DNA from: Microbotryum violaceum
Taxonomy: Eukaryota
Assembly (NCBI GenBank): GCA_001244265.2
Contig: CDLV01000011.1
Coordinates: 930,001 to 994,000, forward strand
DNA length: 64,000 nucleotides
Direction of reading: 5' to 3'
In this document: one piece after another, positions 42,641 to 57,787 of the stretch
Numbering within the stretch: the stretch's first letter is position 1
How the letters are laid out: each line of letters begins with the position of its first letter
Notes under the pieces: generated by a model
Database searches by the model: none
What the model was told of the DNA's origin: nothing
What the model saw: the letters and a program-made list of their open reading frames with translations, nothing else
Program-made: the position numbers and the translations under genes

Positions 42641-44899
42641 ATGAGCAACAAGGTCAACATCCTCGTCTACAACGGTTCAGGAGTCTCCGCCGCCTCGCTC
42701 GCCTTCACCGTGGCCTCGTTGAAAGCCTACGCCTCGCACCACTACGACGTCCAGCTCGTATCACCCAAAACGCTACGCTCTGATCCTTGGACAGAGACCT
42801 GTGCTCTGTTGGTCTTTCCGGGGGGCAGGGATTTGCTGTATCTGTTTGATTTGCAAGGCGAGGCCAATCGAAGGATCGAGCAATGGGTTACTAACCACGG
42901 AGGCAAGTACTTGGGGTTCTGTGCGGGGGCCTATTACGCTTCCAAGGAGATCGAATTCGAACGCGGAACACGACTCGAGGTCGTCGGACAGAGGGAGTTA
43001 GGCTTCTTTCCTGGCATGTGCAAAGGCGCCGTCTTTGCTGGGTTCGAGTACGACTCCGAAGCCGGTGCAAGGGAGGTCTCGATTGCCTTGGAAAGGAACG
43101 TGTGGAGGGATCATTGGTCCTCGAGTCCCGAAAAGTTGGAAGTATGGTACAACGGTGGAGGGCACTTCGTACTCGCTGAGAACTCGATCATGTCCGAACA
43201 GCGCAGTCGGATCGGCGTTTTGGCGAGATACGAACAAATCGAGGGACGACCCATAGCTGGCGTCGTATGCGACGTCGGCAACAAGGGAGGAAAAGCTATT
43301 TTGTGGTCTGTGCATCCCGAACACCCATCATTAGCCACCAACTCGTCCAAGGCCTCTTCGTCGCTCGACTTTGACACCAAGGAAGCACTTCGAAGAGCGT
43401 TGCTCCGATCGACTCTGGCTCTACTCGACGTTCAAGTCTCTGAGGAAGCCGCTCCCCCACCCAAGTTGTTGCCCTTGTTCTTGGCCTCGACGGATTTGGA
43501 GCTCGTCACGCGGACTGCGATTGCGATAGGCTCCAAACGAATGGCGGGTCAGCAATCCCAAGCGACCCTGGACGATCGTAACGATTCGTTCCTTTTGCAT
43601 CCGTCGAAGGTGGCGAGCAAGGTCATTCAGGCTCATCGAGCGAGGCAGGGGACCTTTGACGTTGAGGAACTGAGAACGACGACCAAGGAAATCGTGGTCT
43701 GTTCCGAGGGATTACCACCGAAAGAGTTGACGCCCTTGTTCGACGTGCGAGCATATTTCGAGCAAAAGCAAGTTTTGGCCGCAGATTTGGAGGGGATGGC
43801 TATCGGAGGTATTCTGATGTATGGCGAGACGGTAACGAGTACGCAAACAATGATGGACAAGTGAGTGATGCTCGTTCGCTGCAAAGCACAGAATGGAAAA
43901 GACCTGACCCATCCCTTCCACACCAGAAACGACCGTTTCCTCTCGGCCCTCCCCCTCGGACTAACCTGCGTCGCTTCGCACCAAATCGCCGGAAGAGGAC
44001 GAGGCGGCAATTCTTGGGTATCCCCCGCAGGATGTCTTCAGTTCTCGCTCGTACTTCGACTCGCTTCCACCCAAGCGTCCAAGATCGTATTCCTGCAATA
44101 TTTGTTTGGTTTGGCTGTCGTGGAGGCGATTCGAGGGACCCCGGGCTATGCAGGTATCGAGGTGTGTTTAAAGTGGCCGAATGATGTGTATGGGAGAGTT
44201 GGGGAGGGGAAGAACTTGAGAAAGATTGGCGGGATCTTGGTCAACTCGAGTTATGCGGGGGAAGAGTTTACGTTGGTTGTGGGTGAGTTTTCTTTTCATG
44301 TCATGACGCTTACTGAAGCTTCGTGTAGTCGTCGTTGCTCATCTTTTCTCGAATCCACCCGTCGATGACCGCCCACATAGGTTGTGGGATCAACACCTCC
44401 AACCCGTTACCCACGATATCGGTCAACGAACTCGTAGCAGCTCACAACGTGCAATACGGCACGGCCATAGCCCCTTTCACGCCCGAGGTGCTCATGGCGA
44501 GGGTATTGCATCAGTTCGGAGGGATGTGGGACGTCTTTTTGAACGAAGGTTTCGAACCGTTCGTGAACCGGTATTTGGGGTGTTGGATCCATTCGTAAGT
44601 AATTTTAAATCGCGTACAAACGTGGAATCTCATCGAGTAGAGACTGATGGTCTGGGATTGCTTCAATTCGCAGCGAGCAACGCGTGACGATCGAATCGAC
44701 CGGTCAGATTGTCAAGATAATCGGCATCACACCTGATCACGGTCTGTTGAGAACCGTGCCTATTGACGTCGATCGAGAAGGGAGAGAAGTGTTTGGTGGG
44801 GGAACGGGGAGGGAACCAACGCGGGGTTTCATCGATTTACAACCGGACGGGAATGGGTTCGATATGTTGAAGAAGTTGTTGGTGTCCAAGAAGACGTAA
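42641..44899 (+). CDS. BPL1: Biotin-protein ligase (holocarboxylase synthetase)
   Basis: BPL_N domain (LLVFPGGRD, YLGFCAGAYY), QIAGRGRGGNSWVSP, LKWPNDVY, KIGGILVN, LQPDGNGFDM. Confidence 0.95.
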
Positions 44900-45003
44900 G
44901 GTATTAGTTACAGTCTGGTGTGGGTCGTTATGTTGTAGTGCAGTTGATGATGATACAGGGTGATGATACCAGGTTATACACACCTCTTGGAACAGCATAC
45001 CCC

Positions 45004-46201
<1,198 letters not shown>

Positions 46202-46436
46202 CGTGGTGTGGTGTGGTGTGGGGGTCCAACGAGGTGTCGTCTGCAAGTCGTAGGTCTTTTGTCGTTCTGCACTGAAAAGAGTCAGCGAGGGGTGTGTGGA
46301 GATGCAATGTTCGCGCGAACAAGTGGGCGATCGAATGTATTAGAAATGGTTCTGGCGCTTTTGGTGATCATTTTGTAATGCGCCAAGGCTAATAGCTAAC
46401 GCAGTGCTAACGCTTGAATTGCGCAGCGCAGCGTGC

Positions 46437-46826
46437 ACCCCCCACCCAGTCTTTGTGGACTTTGTATGCCCGGTCGTGTCTCGCTCGGAACGTCGACTTG
46501 TCGAACTACGAGTCCTCTTCTTTCACTCGATCTGGAAGCTGTGTCCCCGTCGTCAATTCTCGTCGGATCTTTTGGAACCGATCACCGAAACGGAGTTCGA
46601 GGGGCTTTGAGCCTCTATCCAGGAGTCCAAGGGTCGCCTAGTGTCTCTGTAAGGCACCAAAGGGGTTTTAGTGGGTATGGTTGATCCTGGTTCAGGGTCA
46701 ATGAGTCCTACACTACTGGCTTCTGTCAGTGTGCGTAACAGCATTCCCTCCGACTTTTCCGAAGATTTCTAGGTATTAATATAATTATGCTGTTAATGAA
46801 GTCTATCAAATAAAAAAATAAAAAAA
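46437..46826 (+). mobile_element. Short 3' fragment of the same LINE family as 30271-31714
   Basis: Near-identical to ~31329-31714, ends in an A-rich tail. Confidence 0.9.
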
Positions 46827-49747
46827 CAGCGCACGAGCCTACTCGGGCTGCTGAGCGCTGAGCGCTGAGCGGCAGTGAGCGGCAGTGAGCGGCTGGCAGC
46901 AACCCCGTTGCTGCACCTCGGGCAGACATAAAAAAATACGTCTTAACAGGCGCGCGCGCAGCGCCCCCTCACGCGCCTTCCAAGTCACTGCCCCAGCGGG
47001 GTGCAGCCTTGCTACCCCAGGGCTCCGACTTGGCCCACTTGAGGTATGCCCACCTCGATGTCGAGCTACCGAGACGTTCACTCCCACTAGTATCACTCGG
47101 TGGAAAACCTGGAAACAAAGGCACAGTCGGCGAATAATAGTGCATTCGGATTTTTGCATATTTTCTGAGAGTTACTATTGTCCTCTGCAAGCTGAACAAG
47201 AGCTCTACCTCGAACACGTGATTCGGCACGGGTCGCGCGGAACAATTGGGGCCGGGACTGGCCGGGATGTCGACGCGTCATGACTCCGGAGACGCTCCCA
47301 TTCTTCTGCTTTAATTTGCCCAATCGCCCCCTACGACGTATACGAAGTAATAACGAACTATACAATGAGCATCCGTCACCTTGCGACAGTCTGAAATGAG
47401 CGCCCGCTTCGAAACACCGGATCAATCGTACTTCTGCTGCTCCTACCATGATGAGTCAATCCAATCAACTTAACCACCTCCCGAACCGCAGCCAACGTTT
47501 GGCGCTCCGGCGATGAACAGCAGTATGTTTGCCGCCGATCGACACGGGTGCTCTGCCTGGACTACCGGCTCACAATCACATCTGACACGTAGGTTCATAT
47601 GCTGCCTCTAGGTACGAGTCGCGCACCTTGCCTTGGACTTCCTATCCGTCCGCATATAACGACTGTTCGGGTCCGTGGGTGGCCGTCGCGTCGATCGCGT
47701 ACAGCATCGGTCTGTTCTGACGTTACACCGTCGTGCACCCGATCCAGCGTCCACTTTCGCTGGCGTAACGGCCATCTCGAATCCTGTGTCGTACAACTAT
47801 CAATCGTCGCCGGGATCTGCTTCGTCCAACCAACCAGTTTACCGTCCCAACGTTCCCCGATCCTGGACGCATCGATGGCCCGTATCTAGCTCCGCCAGCA
47901 AGCATCAATCTCGCAAGCATCGCAAGCATGGTCGAACAAGGAGGGACCAATCCTGGCGGCACGGGTGACGCGGCAGGTTTGCCAAATACTGCACCTTCCG
48001 CTCGCGATCGTCAAAAGTTGCGGGCCGCACAAGTTTCCCAAGACGAGGAGGGAGGCCGCGCATCAGGAGGGAGGGATGTATCAGCGAATGTCTGCGCACA
48101 GCTTGGAACGCACCCGTGGCCGACAAGAAACGTTGAGACCAAATGCCAATGATACGACATCATCCTCAAGGAACTGTTCCGTGAGTACAAGAAGTGCAGC
48201 CTGCCTACTCTTCCATACAAGGTGCCTAATTTTGACCCGGCTCGCTGTCTTCAGAGTCCGCGCTACGCCAACGCTCCGTGCTGGACGGCGAGAAGATCCA
48301 ATCGCCCAAGTTCGTCTATGACGTAAAGGCCCTCAGGGACAACGCCAGAATCATTGTTCAGCGCGGCGCTCTCCTTCGCAAAGCGGATTTCCGAAGCCCG
48401 AGTAGCAAGCTCAAGTTGTTGGGACGACCTGGATCGGATCATCCCATTGCTGCGTGCAGGCGAGCTGAGCTTCAGGCTGGAGGAAGAGGTAATCGGGTCA
48501 AGTGCAGACCAGGCAATGGCCGACGGCGATGAAGGCGGCGACAGCGATGCTGACCGGCGGACTCGGAACACGAGCTCCGACGAGTACAGCGAGTGAGGTG
48601 ACGATGGCCGAGCTTTCAGCGCCAGCCGGACTCGTCGACGCGCATGCGATGCGGAAATCTTGGCTGTTGAAGGGCCAGAATTCGTTGGACAACACAGGCC
48701 ACCACAATTGTTCTTTGATATTTTGCTTCATATGCATCCGGCTCTTGGGGCTCTTGGTGACTAAAGGCGGAGAGGGTTATTGTTCGTTGGCCCTTCGTGC
48801 CTAATCTTCCCCTGGGCCGCTCGAGACCGACCTCTCCTTGTTGACGTGGGATGTGCCAGTGACGTAATCCTGCTCACAAACATCATCCTTCTTGTTCTGT
48901 TTTGTTTCCGAAGTATTGTGTAGAGTTGAATTGCCCTGTGAGAATGGAGTGCTCCCTGATCCGTGGTCCAGACGGAGCGTCTGCTTTCCGGAAGTGACTC
49001 TTTGAGCAAAGAATGAATGAACAGAATTCGCAGCGCGATTCCACAAATTGCAGTGTATGTTAGCATCTTTTTATAATCTATTAGCACTAAAGTGAACGGC
49101 AAGGGTTGCATCTGGCCGGACTCGGTCTTCGCCAAAGTGCCAATCAGAGCTGCTGGGCCACGGTGACGACCGCTGGCCGGCTGACTTCAAGCGGCGCGCG
49201 CTCCCAGAAGAAGGCGAACTGATCTGAGCCCCTGAACGCGCAAGCGGAGCGGAACACGTAGGTAATCAGTCGTATGTTGCCAAGTAGCGACAAAGTACGT
49301 GCTTGATGAGAGGTGGGTCGAACTTGATAATAGGTTCGGTGAAAACATGGAAGGCTTAGGCTTGTAACAGGCTCTTGGAGCGAGAACCTCAATTGACTCC
49401 GAGACATGATCGATGGCCGCTCATACCTACCTCTTACTTGATAAACACTCCTTCTCATCAATGAAGTAGGCTGCCAATCCTCAGGCCCCACGGTGAGTGC
49501 TCAAACTTGAAGCAGAGAGAATTCTTGCATTCGCCGCACTAAAATGAATTGTCAGCACTTTTGCCCCCGTCAAGCATAAACTAAACTAGATCTTGAGATC
49601 TTGACACCAAGCTCTTCTTAAAACAGGCGCAAGTCTCAGTAGCAGGGATCGGGATCGGTGCAAAGGGTCTTTTGCCGCGCCATGGCAGGAAGTCGAATCC
49701 TTCGATCGGGAATCCTCATAGAGAGAGAGCCGCCCAGCCATACGCAC

Positions 49748-50090
49748 ATGCCAACTTTGCTATTCAACCCTGTCCGAGGGTAGGAGATGCATTCTCTATA
49801 TTGACCAAACCCACTCACCCATTTCCACGTGGTAGTCATTCTAGGTACTCGAGCAGTTGCATGCGCTTTGATTGGACAGTCACCCGGCACTGGTAAGGGA
49901 AACCGCCGAGCCATCTTGTTCGGAAGAAGGGCTTGCATGCACATGCCAATTTTGCTATCCAACCCTGTCCGAAGGTAGGAGATACATTCTCTATATTGAT
50001 CAAATCCACTCACTTGTTTTCACGTGGAAGACATTCTAGGTACTCGAGCAGTTGCATGCGCTTTAATTGAAAAGTCACCCGGCAAGTCAC
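49748..50090. repeat. Diverged direct duplication, period ~194 bp, inside the KDZ element
   Basis: CATGCCAA...CATTCTAGGTACTCGAGCAGTTGCATGCGCTTT...GTCACCCGGCA at ~49748-49890 and ~49942-50084. Confidence 0.85.
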
Positions 50091-50365
50091 CCGGCAGGAG
50101 CCTAGTAAGGCAGGCGCAGCCCAGAGATTAGGTCTGACAATATTTCTTTCTATAAGATGGTGTTATTACTCTCACCCACCGCAATTGAGACGACTATAGT
50201 TTGCAAACACCATGTCCATTCTCTCAACATTAAGTTGCTCCACTAATTCAATCTACATCAGAAGCTGGTCTAAACGCCCGAGAAGTATTCGTCTTCCTGA
50301 CCAGCGAATTCATCGCCGTAGCTTTCACCCGAAGAGCTGCCCATCTCACCGTCCTGCTCGAGGAG

Positions 50366-52527
50366 TTATGCGGAGAAAGGCCCCACCTCCTTTGCGAGTT
50401 GAGTCTCGTCGCTCATATCCATCTGCGCCTGAATGACCCGCACTTGTTGAACGTCACGGGCCAGCGGTGCAGGCCGCGCCGAGTCGTCGAGGCCAGATGT
50501 CTCCATAGGACCGCGTGTTCTCGATCGATTATGTGCAGGTAGTTGGTGATGTTTCGCCTTCTCGACAATCCTTCCCGTCGCGTTCAATCGCTGATGTAAA
50601 CCACGAAATTCTGATAGTGCAGGACGCATGGGCTCGGAAGCGCCCTCTGACTGCCCGCGAGTGTCGAGCCAAACATCGAAGAAATGGTCGTTCTGGGACC
50701 AAGAACATTCGTGCAGCTGAAGAAGCTCCATCCGGCGATCCAGTATAATGAGCGCGCGGTTTCGGATCTCTTCAACATCTTCAGTGCCAAATATGGACTT
50801 GGCATCAGCTGCGTCGATCGATTCAGGAAGGGTATCTGTTGGGATAGTTTGAAAGATGTCAGGGCGACATAAGAGGTGATATGGAGCACGCTGTATCGAA
50901 AACTTACCCGACACGTTAGTCCAAAGTGTTTGGCAACTAGTGATACAAGTCTTTACATCTTCGATCCAAGCCAAAGCTTGCCGCACCTCGGCGCCGATCC
51001 GCGCTTTCTCCTCACCGACTCGATCCTTGGCGCGCACAGCTGCTTCTCCTCGGAATGAGCGACCGTAGCCCGCTCAACAATCGCTCACAGCCCTCTCCAT
51101 CAGTCAACCCGAAGGTCAGAATGAGGCGGGGTTGAACTCGACTTGGCAGGACCAGATATGGGTGTATGCATGGAAGACGCTCGTGGCGAACTCCAGTCGC
51201 TTGAAAAGCTTTGGCAGGAGCTGCCTCTGGTGACAAATGATTAGAAGGTAGGCACATTTGGTCTGTGCCAACGAGACTAAGGAGGAAGGGACGCGTCGTG
51301 ATCGAAGCATACCTTTTCAATATGGTGCTTAAAGTTACAAGCAATGTCGTATAAGACTCCGATCTTGGCGTTTTCAGGAAGGCGCTCTGAGATGTGCTTG
51401 AGGATGGCAAGCGCATAGTACGATCTGAGTGATCGGAGCAGTTCCGTCGTCGGCAGCCTTCCACGACTCTGTGCACGCCTACGAGGGTGGGTGGGTGTAG
51501 AGGTAAGCGACCCCATTAAGGCAAATGCAAAAAGCGGCATTGCTCACCTTTTTGGTCGGTTGCACCGAAGCTTCAACCTCGGCCTTCATCGCCTGAACCT
51601 CTTCCTCAGCCAAGAAAATGTCCGGAACAATTCCTTGGACGTCATGCTTCGAGTTTTTCTCACGCGTTTGCTGAAAGTTGACGTCGTATGCAAGCACGCA
51701 ATCCAATGTGACGTCGTGACAAGGTTGATTAAGTCACGTTGGCCCGAAGCACGCGGGACACTTGTTGGAACGAATCGACGGTGCCTGCGAGAAGGTCCCC
51801 GCTGTCCTCCTCGCATGTTTCGAGAGCGCGGTACTCGTCGATCGCGTTGCTTCCGAAGGTCTTTGTCCTGTATGCGCGGAAGGCAGGCTTTAAGCAAGTG
51901 CCCATGAGACGATGGCGGCGTCCAAACTCACCCAAGGATGTCCCGTATAGTGACCCCGACCCCACCCACAACGAGAGTAATACTCTTTGAGGCCGTCCGC
52001 ATAGCCGGTGATAGCGCGGGGGCTGCCCTTCCAGCTTGCGTGGGCCTGCTCGACCAGTCGAAATGAGAAGGCGGTCATCGGCATTGAAGCGGTCGAAGAG
52101 ATGAACCCTAGTTGGGCCAAGCGTTCAACATCCGTAGCACACCGCGACTCGGAGGCACATCAGGTGACCTGCAATTTGTAGACCGACGGTTTGGACTTGT
52201 ATCTTCTCTTCGGCGGCATGGCGACGCCGAGTCAAGTGCATGAGCAAGAGGACGAACGCGAGCCGTGGGGCCTGTACAGTCGATGGCGGCGCTACAAAGA
52301 GCTGTAGCGAAAGCAACGAGGTGAGGCGGCAAGCCAAGTGGAAGGTCCCTCGCGTGTTCCGCTAGGCCTCGGCGCGCGTGGCCGACTGCCGACTGCCACC
52401 AACCGCGTGTGCTCGGACCCTTCGATCTCGGGACCGAAACCCTGCGCGACCGCTTCGGACACGTGACATTGACGACATCCGAAAGATGCGAAAAAAACAT
52501 CAAGGAAGGAATGCATCTACTACCCAC
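50366..52527 (-). pseudogene. KDZ transposase with CxC1-like N-terminal region, disrupted (ends approximate)
   Basis: AYDVNFQQTR, GVLYDIAC, SVFHAYTHIWSCQ, GLTDGEGCER motifs; internal stop and frameshift. Confidence 0.88.
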
Positions 52528-52915
52528 TTTCCTAATCTAGCAGCTGTGAGAGTGTTGTGTGTACACAGAATCGACTCGAAGCAGAGAGTTGGGTGTAACC
52601 TGGGCCAAGTCGGCGCCCTGGGGTAGCAAGGCTGCACCCCGCCGGGGCAGTGACTTGGAAGGCGCGTGAGGGGGCGGTGCGCGCGCGCCTGTTAAGGCGT
52701 ATTTTTTATGTCTGCCCGAGGTGGCAAGGCAGCAACGACTTCGCAACCCCCCACTGCTGGCCCGACTCCGATCCCACACTCTGTCCCTCGACAAAAACGT
52801 TGCGCCTTTCGACAGACCATTCCGTCACGAACCAATCACCTACATACACATCCAATTCAGACTGACCGATCAACCGCTTTGCAATACGTCACTGTATTCT
52901 AGCTCAACCGTAGTC

Positions 52916-54902
52916 ATGCCCAAAGCATCGACCTCTCGCTCGAGCTCGGCTGCGAAGCACGACCCGCTCTCGGTGCAAATGATCCAGCAATCGCTCGTCG
53001 ACAGTGGCAACCTGTCCCTGCCTGGCAAGAGGCAAAAGAGCAAGCACAAGAATGCTCAATCCGAACAGGAACACGCTCAGGTCAGCGAATTGCATCCCTG
53101 CCAGCGCAGCGATCTTTCTCCCCCCAAGTCAAGTTGATCCAGGCTGATCCCCCGAATGCTCGCTAGACCACTCTGGACGCCAAGGTCTCGCGAAGGGTGC
53201 TCGAGATGGCTAGGGACCAACAGGATGAACTCGCGCAGGAACAGTGGGCCGATGAGCTTGACCAGGACCTAGAGTGAGCGAGCAGACATCTCTGACCCGC
53301 CCGAATTTGGCACCCAATGAGAGTTGCGCAGCTGACCACTCGAATTGCGATTCTCATTTTTTACAGCCAAACAGCTGCTCGATACGAAAACAACGACGAC
53401 GACGACGACGACGACGACGATCGAGACGACGACGATGAAGAGGAAGATGACGATGAGGAAGAGTTCGAACAATACGAGGAATTGGTGAGCTCCCCTATTC
53501 CGCCCTCGAGCTCAACACTTGGAGCTCTGACCGAGTCTCTTCGATCACTCGCTCTAGGAATTCGACGGCAACGATGCTGCTTTGGATCAGTTCATGCCTC
53601 AGGGTCAACTGGCGGGTGGGAGGACCCTTGCCGATCTCATCATGGAGAAGATTGAGCAGCAAGAGAACGACAAGACCGCCGTCCCAGTCGGTCAGTTGGT
53701 GCGGGTCAACCTGGCAAATCCCCACGTACTGACCGGATCAAGTCTGTCGACATTCTACAGTCGCCCCTGAACCACCACCAGGCTACAACCCCAAGATCGT
53801 CGAAGTCTACACAAAGTGAGCGCGCACCGAAAGTCTCGCATCCCCCTCTGGTCGAGCCCAGATTTGCTGACACTCGCGATCCTCCTTGCAGAGTCGGAGG
53901 TCTCCTCAGTCGATACAAGTCCGGACCGCTCCCCAAGGCCTTCAAGATTCTCCCCACGCTCCGACTCTGGCCCCAACTCGTCATGTTGACTGTCCCGGAG
54001 AACTGGACTCCTCATGCCACGTTAGCCGCGACCAAGATCTTCGCCTCCAACCTGGACCCCAAGCAGAGTCAAAAGTTCTACAAGGAGATTCTGCTAGAGA
54101 AAGTCAGGGAAGAAATACAGGAGACGCACAAACTGAGCGTGCACACGTACATGGCGCTGAAGAAAGCGATCTACAAACCGGCCGCGTTCTTCAAGGGAAT
54201 CTTGTTCCCGCTGTGCGAGGTGGGTCTCTACCAAGAACGCAGAACGAGAGTCTCTTGACTGACTGTATCCCCCTTTTACAGTCCCAAACATGCACGTTGC
54301 GAGAAGCGGCTATTTTGGGATCCGTCTTGACCCGAGTATCCGTGCCCGTTCTGCATTCGGGCGCTGCATTGCTCAAATTAGCTGATATGGAATACACAGG
54401 CAAGTCGTCAGAGTACACAATGTGTGGCTCCCTCCCTCTCAACACTAACATTGTTTTCAAGGCCTTCATATCCCACAGGTCCAAACAGCGTCTTCATCCG
54501 CGTGCTCCTAGATAAGAAGTATGCGCTGCCTTACAAGGTCGTTGATGCGCTCGTCTTCCACTTCATCCGGTTCAAGCGGGACCCGAGGGAGATGCCCGTG
54601 TTGTGGCATCAGTCCTTCTTGGTCTTTGTACAGAGGTCAGCATTCCGAAGGTGGCGCGATGAGGAAAGAAACGAGCAAGCTGACCGAGTGACATTCCTCT
54701 TTCGGTGCCTAGGTACAAGTCCGACCTTACGGAAGAACAAAAGAGAGCTTTGTTGGACACGCTCAAGGTCAAGGCCCACCCGCAGATTACACCCGAGATC
54801 AGGAGGGAGATCTTGAATTCCGTAGCGAGGGGGGAAGAGGCGCCTCTCGCGAATGGGCAAGGGTTGGAAACGGTGATGGCGATGGAGGTGGAGATTTGTT
54901 AG
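52916..54902 (+). CDS. ENP1: Bystin / Enp1 ribosome biogenesis factor, multi-exon
   Basis: [65 protein letters not shown]. Confidence 0.96.
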
Positions 54903-55135
54903 AAGAGTGATGGTCGAGCAGGGTTTCTAAGAGAGGTTCATTTTGTTGTATAGTAGGAACGGGAGTTGCAATGCGCAAAGAGGTCTTTCACACGTTCTTT
55001 TTAGGGTTGAGGCGTGTCAGATGTTGCATTCCCTGCACAAGCGCGCCGGCGCGCCGAGTCGTTACGGGAGCGACGTGCGAAGCTACGGGAAACAAAGGGA
55101 GAGAATGTTGCCGCCTACTAGTATTCCACATCCAA

Positions 55136-57393
55136 TCAATTGTAGTACGCCTGCAGTTTCTGATTCTCGTACTCGACTCGAACACCCCACAACTCCCGAC
55201 AACTTCTCCTCGAAACGCTTTCCCTTCGGCGAGCAACATAACCTTGTCCAGAGGTGGTGGAACTCCCTCCTAAAAAGAGGAGGTTCAGGTTCGACGAGTC
55301 GGTAGCGGGCTTCCAGCGTGGGAGGTTCAGAACTCCAGCTGGGTTCGGGGACCCGGTACGGATGAAGGCGCCCCATCGAGATTGGACTTCGGCAATCAGC
55401 CGAGTTTGGGAGGTGGTGGGGGTCAATAGAGGGGAGTTGAAGAGAAGACGACTGAAGGAGTGGTACCGGGAACGGATAATTTCAGTACTGGGGATGGGAG
55501 GGTAGGAGCAGAGGACGATCCATTCGCACTACTTACATATCATCGCTATTGGAAGGAAGTGAGTGGAACAAATGAACAGACGGGGAGGACGTCAGCATGC
55601 CAAATAGCGGAGTCGCTCCCATTATCGTTCGATGACGGGGCAATGGGAAGCACTTACCTATGCGAGACTTTACCCGTGCAAAACGAGCTCTCGTCCTCAT
55701 CGTACGAGAGACCGAGGTCGAATTCAGCGAGCCAGTACGAGCCCGTGTTCACCGCAGACGACGAAAGATTCAGGACGGTTTGTTGGATTGAGCAGATCCT
55801 GCACGTATGTAAGAACGAGGCTCAATATAGGGCATTGGGGATGCATGTCCGAGCATACGGTCTGACTGACCACAGCTCATCCGTAACCATCGAGGCGAAG
55901 ACTGTTCGACCATCCTCATTCGAGTTGCTTGTCTTGTACAAGCGGGAAGCAATGATTTTTGCGGCGCTCGTTGGCTGAAGATTGGTCAGTACATCGCCTA
56001 ATTCGTTGGCTGGGAAAGGATCGGTAAAGCTGTGCAGAAAGGACGTGGTCATGAATACATGCACTTCGAACGTGTAGCCCAGTGCCAAGTGCTCCGAACT
56101 CACAGCGAAGCGACGAACGAACAACTCTCGTCCTTGACGTTCGTGAAAATGACGCTTTTGTACCCTGAGGGCAAAAGCACGTCTTGCCGAACCGCCTCTG
56201 CAAAATCAATCGGTACCAAGCTACCATCCACGTTTGGTCGCAAGAATTCGCTCAACGGATCGAGACCAGGGACGTTGAGAGGGGCAAAAGATGGGGACGT
56301 GCTGGTTTGCAGCGCCGTTTGAGCGGCGAGGATCGATTCGACCGAAGCAGAGCGAAGGCACTTGATGGTCGTGCAATTCATGGAAGCGAGTTCACCGATC
56401 TCGTTCGCCATCACGGGCGGGAGATCGCCGTAAGCCAGAGGTGCCGAATGGATGATCGCGCGTGTGAACAGGGGCTTCGCCGCGGTGATTCCGAGGAGCG
56501 TCCGGATCATCTCACCACCCGAAGATTGACCGGCGAGAGTGACGAGGGCTTTGTCTCCACCAAATGCCGAAATCCTGGATTGGACGTATTGGAGAGCGAC
56601 GATCAGGTCCTTGATGGCGTAGTTGCCTCGGAGACCTACGCGATCGAGACGCAGTTGTCCGAGAACGCCAAGTCGGTATTGTACGGTGATGACAACGACT
56701 GTCTCTCGATTCGCTAAGTTCGCACCATCAATGTCAGAGCTGGCCCCATTGTAGAATGAGCCGCCATGAATCTGATGGGGTAGACCTGTGATGTCAGGCA
56801 CCGCTGCCCGGGAAAAGAAATTGCAAATCCCAGTTCGCACTTACCCAAAAGAGTACGGGAAGCTTTGCGGCACCGGTCACTAGCGCAGATGAGGGGGTAT
56901 AGATGCTGATAGACAGTTTCGCTACATGATTAGTGATCCTTCGCTCGGGAAAGTGCTGCCCGCTTCGTCACCGTTGACCCACGTTATGAACAGACAGTCT
57001 TCCGAATAGTTTCTGCCGGTTTGGGGACACGGGGGCGGGAGAGTGGATCCGTCAAAGCTATTTCGGGATGCGGACCACAGTGTCAGATTTGGGAGTCTTT
57101 TCGAAAGCGGAAAGGTCAACAGGTAGGTGCTCGTACTGCCTGAAATTGGGGAAAGCGACCGGATCTGCAAGCCTGAGCGCTCCGACTGGCGGGCGGGCAT
57201 AGGGGACGGTGAAGCGAGCGACCGCGCCGCCCAACACCGATGTTCCATTCAGCGTGCCATCGTATGTCGACACGGTAGGTGCGCCGGTTGATAGATCCGG
57301 CCAGAAGAAGACGAGGGTCGCGATGGCGTAGAGTAGGCCGCTGGGGAACCAGCTCTGGGAGGGGGTTCTGCGGAGGGAGAGTGGGTACGACAT
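55136..57393 (-). CDS. Type-B carboxylesterase A (N-terminal hydrophobic segment), multi-exon
   Basis: PYARPPVGALRL, SEDCL, IHGGSF, QYRLGVLG, nucleophile GQSSG, spliced SHSDDI. Confidence 0.9.
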
Positions 57394-57787
57394 GGTGGTA
57401 TGACAAGGTGGAATGCTTAGCCACCCTACGTGAAAGAGGTGAACACCAGTAGGATAAACAGAGAAGTAGGAATGTTCACGATCCCCTTCTGTGCGTTTAC
57501 CTTCGAATGCTCGAAGAAAGGGTTTGTTCCCCTGCTCCGAGGACAAAGCCGTGATGAAACAGGGGGTGGGCTCTGAATTGGAAAGAAAACGTGGGTCCAA
57601 ACTCTGTTTTTCTCGAATGTTGAAATACGGACTTGAACTTTCTCGGAACCGTGCAAGGTACCGATATGATCGCCGAAATCTTCTTGATTACAAGGTTTGA
57701 GTTATCCTTCAGGCACAGAGGAGCGATTGGCACTTGGTCCTCCAACTTCATCCCCCCCGCCCCCCGCCCTCCCCCCGCCGAAATTAC

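Larger units (their letters stand above)
46914..52723 (-). mobile_element. KDZ (Kyakuja-Dileera-Zisupton) DNA transposon, ~5.8 kb
   Basis: ~124-bp TIRs at 46914-47037 and 52601-52723 starting CACCTCGGG; internal KDZ transposase; TSD not resolved. Confidence 0.88.

Noticed and set aside
47040-50350. TET/JBP gene inside the KDZ element
   Set aside because: No HxD...H...R dioxygenase pattern recognised in the frames read
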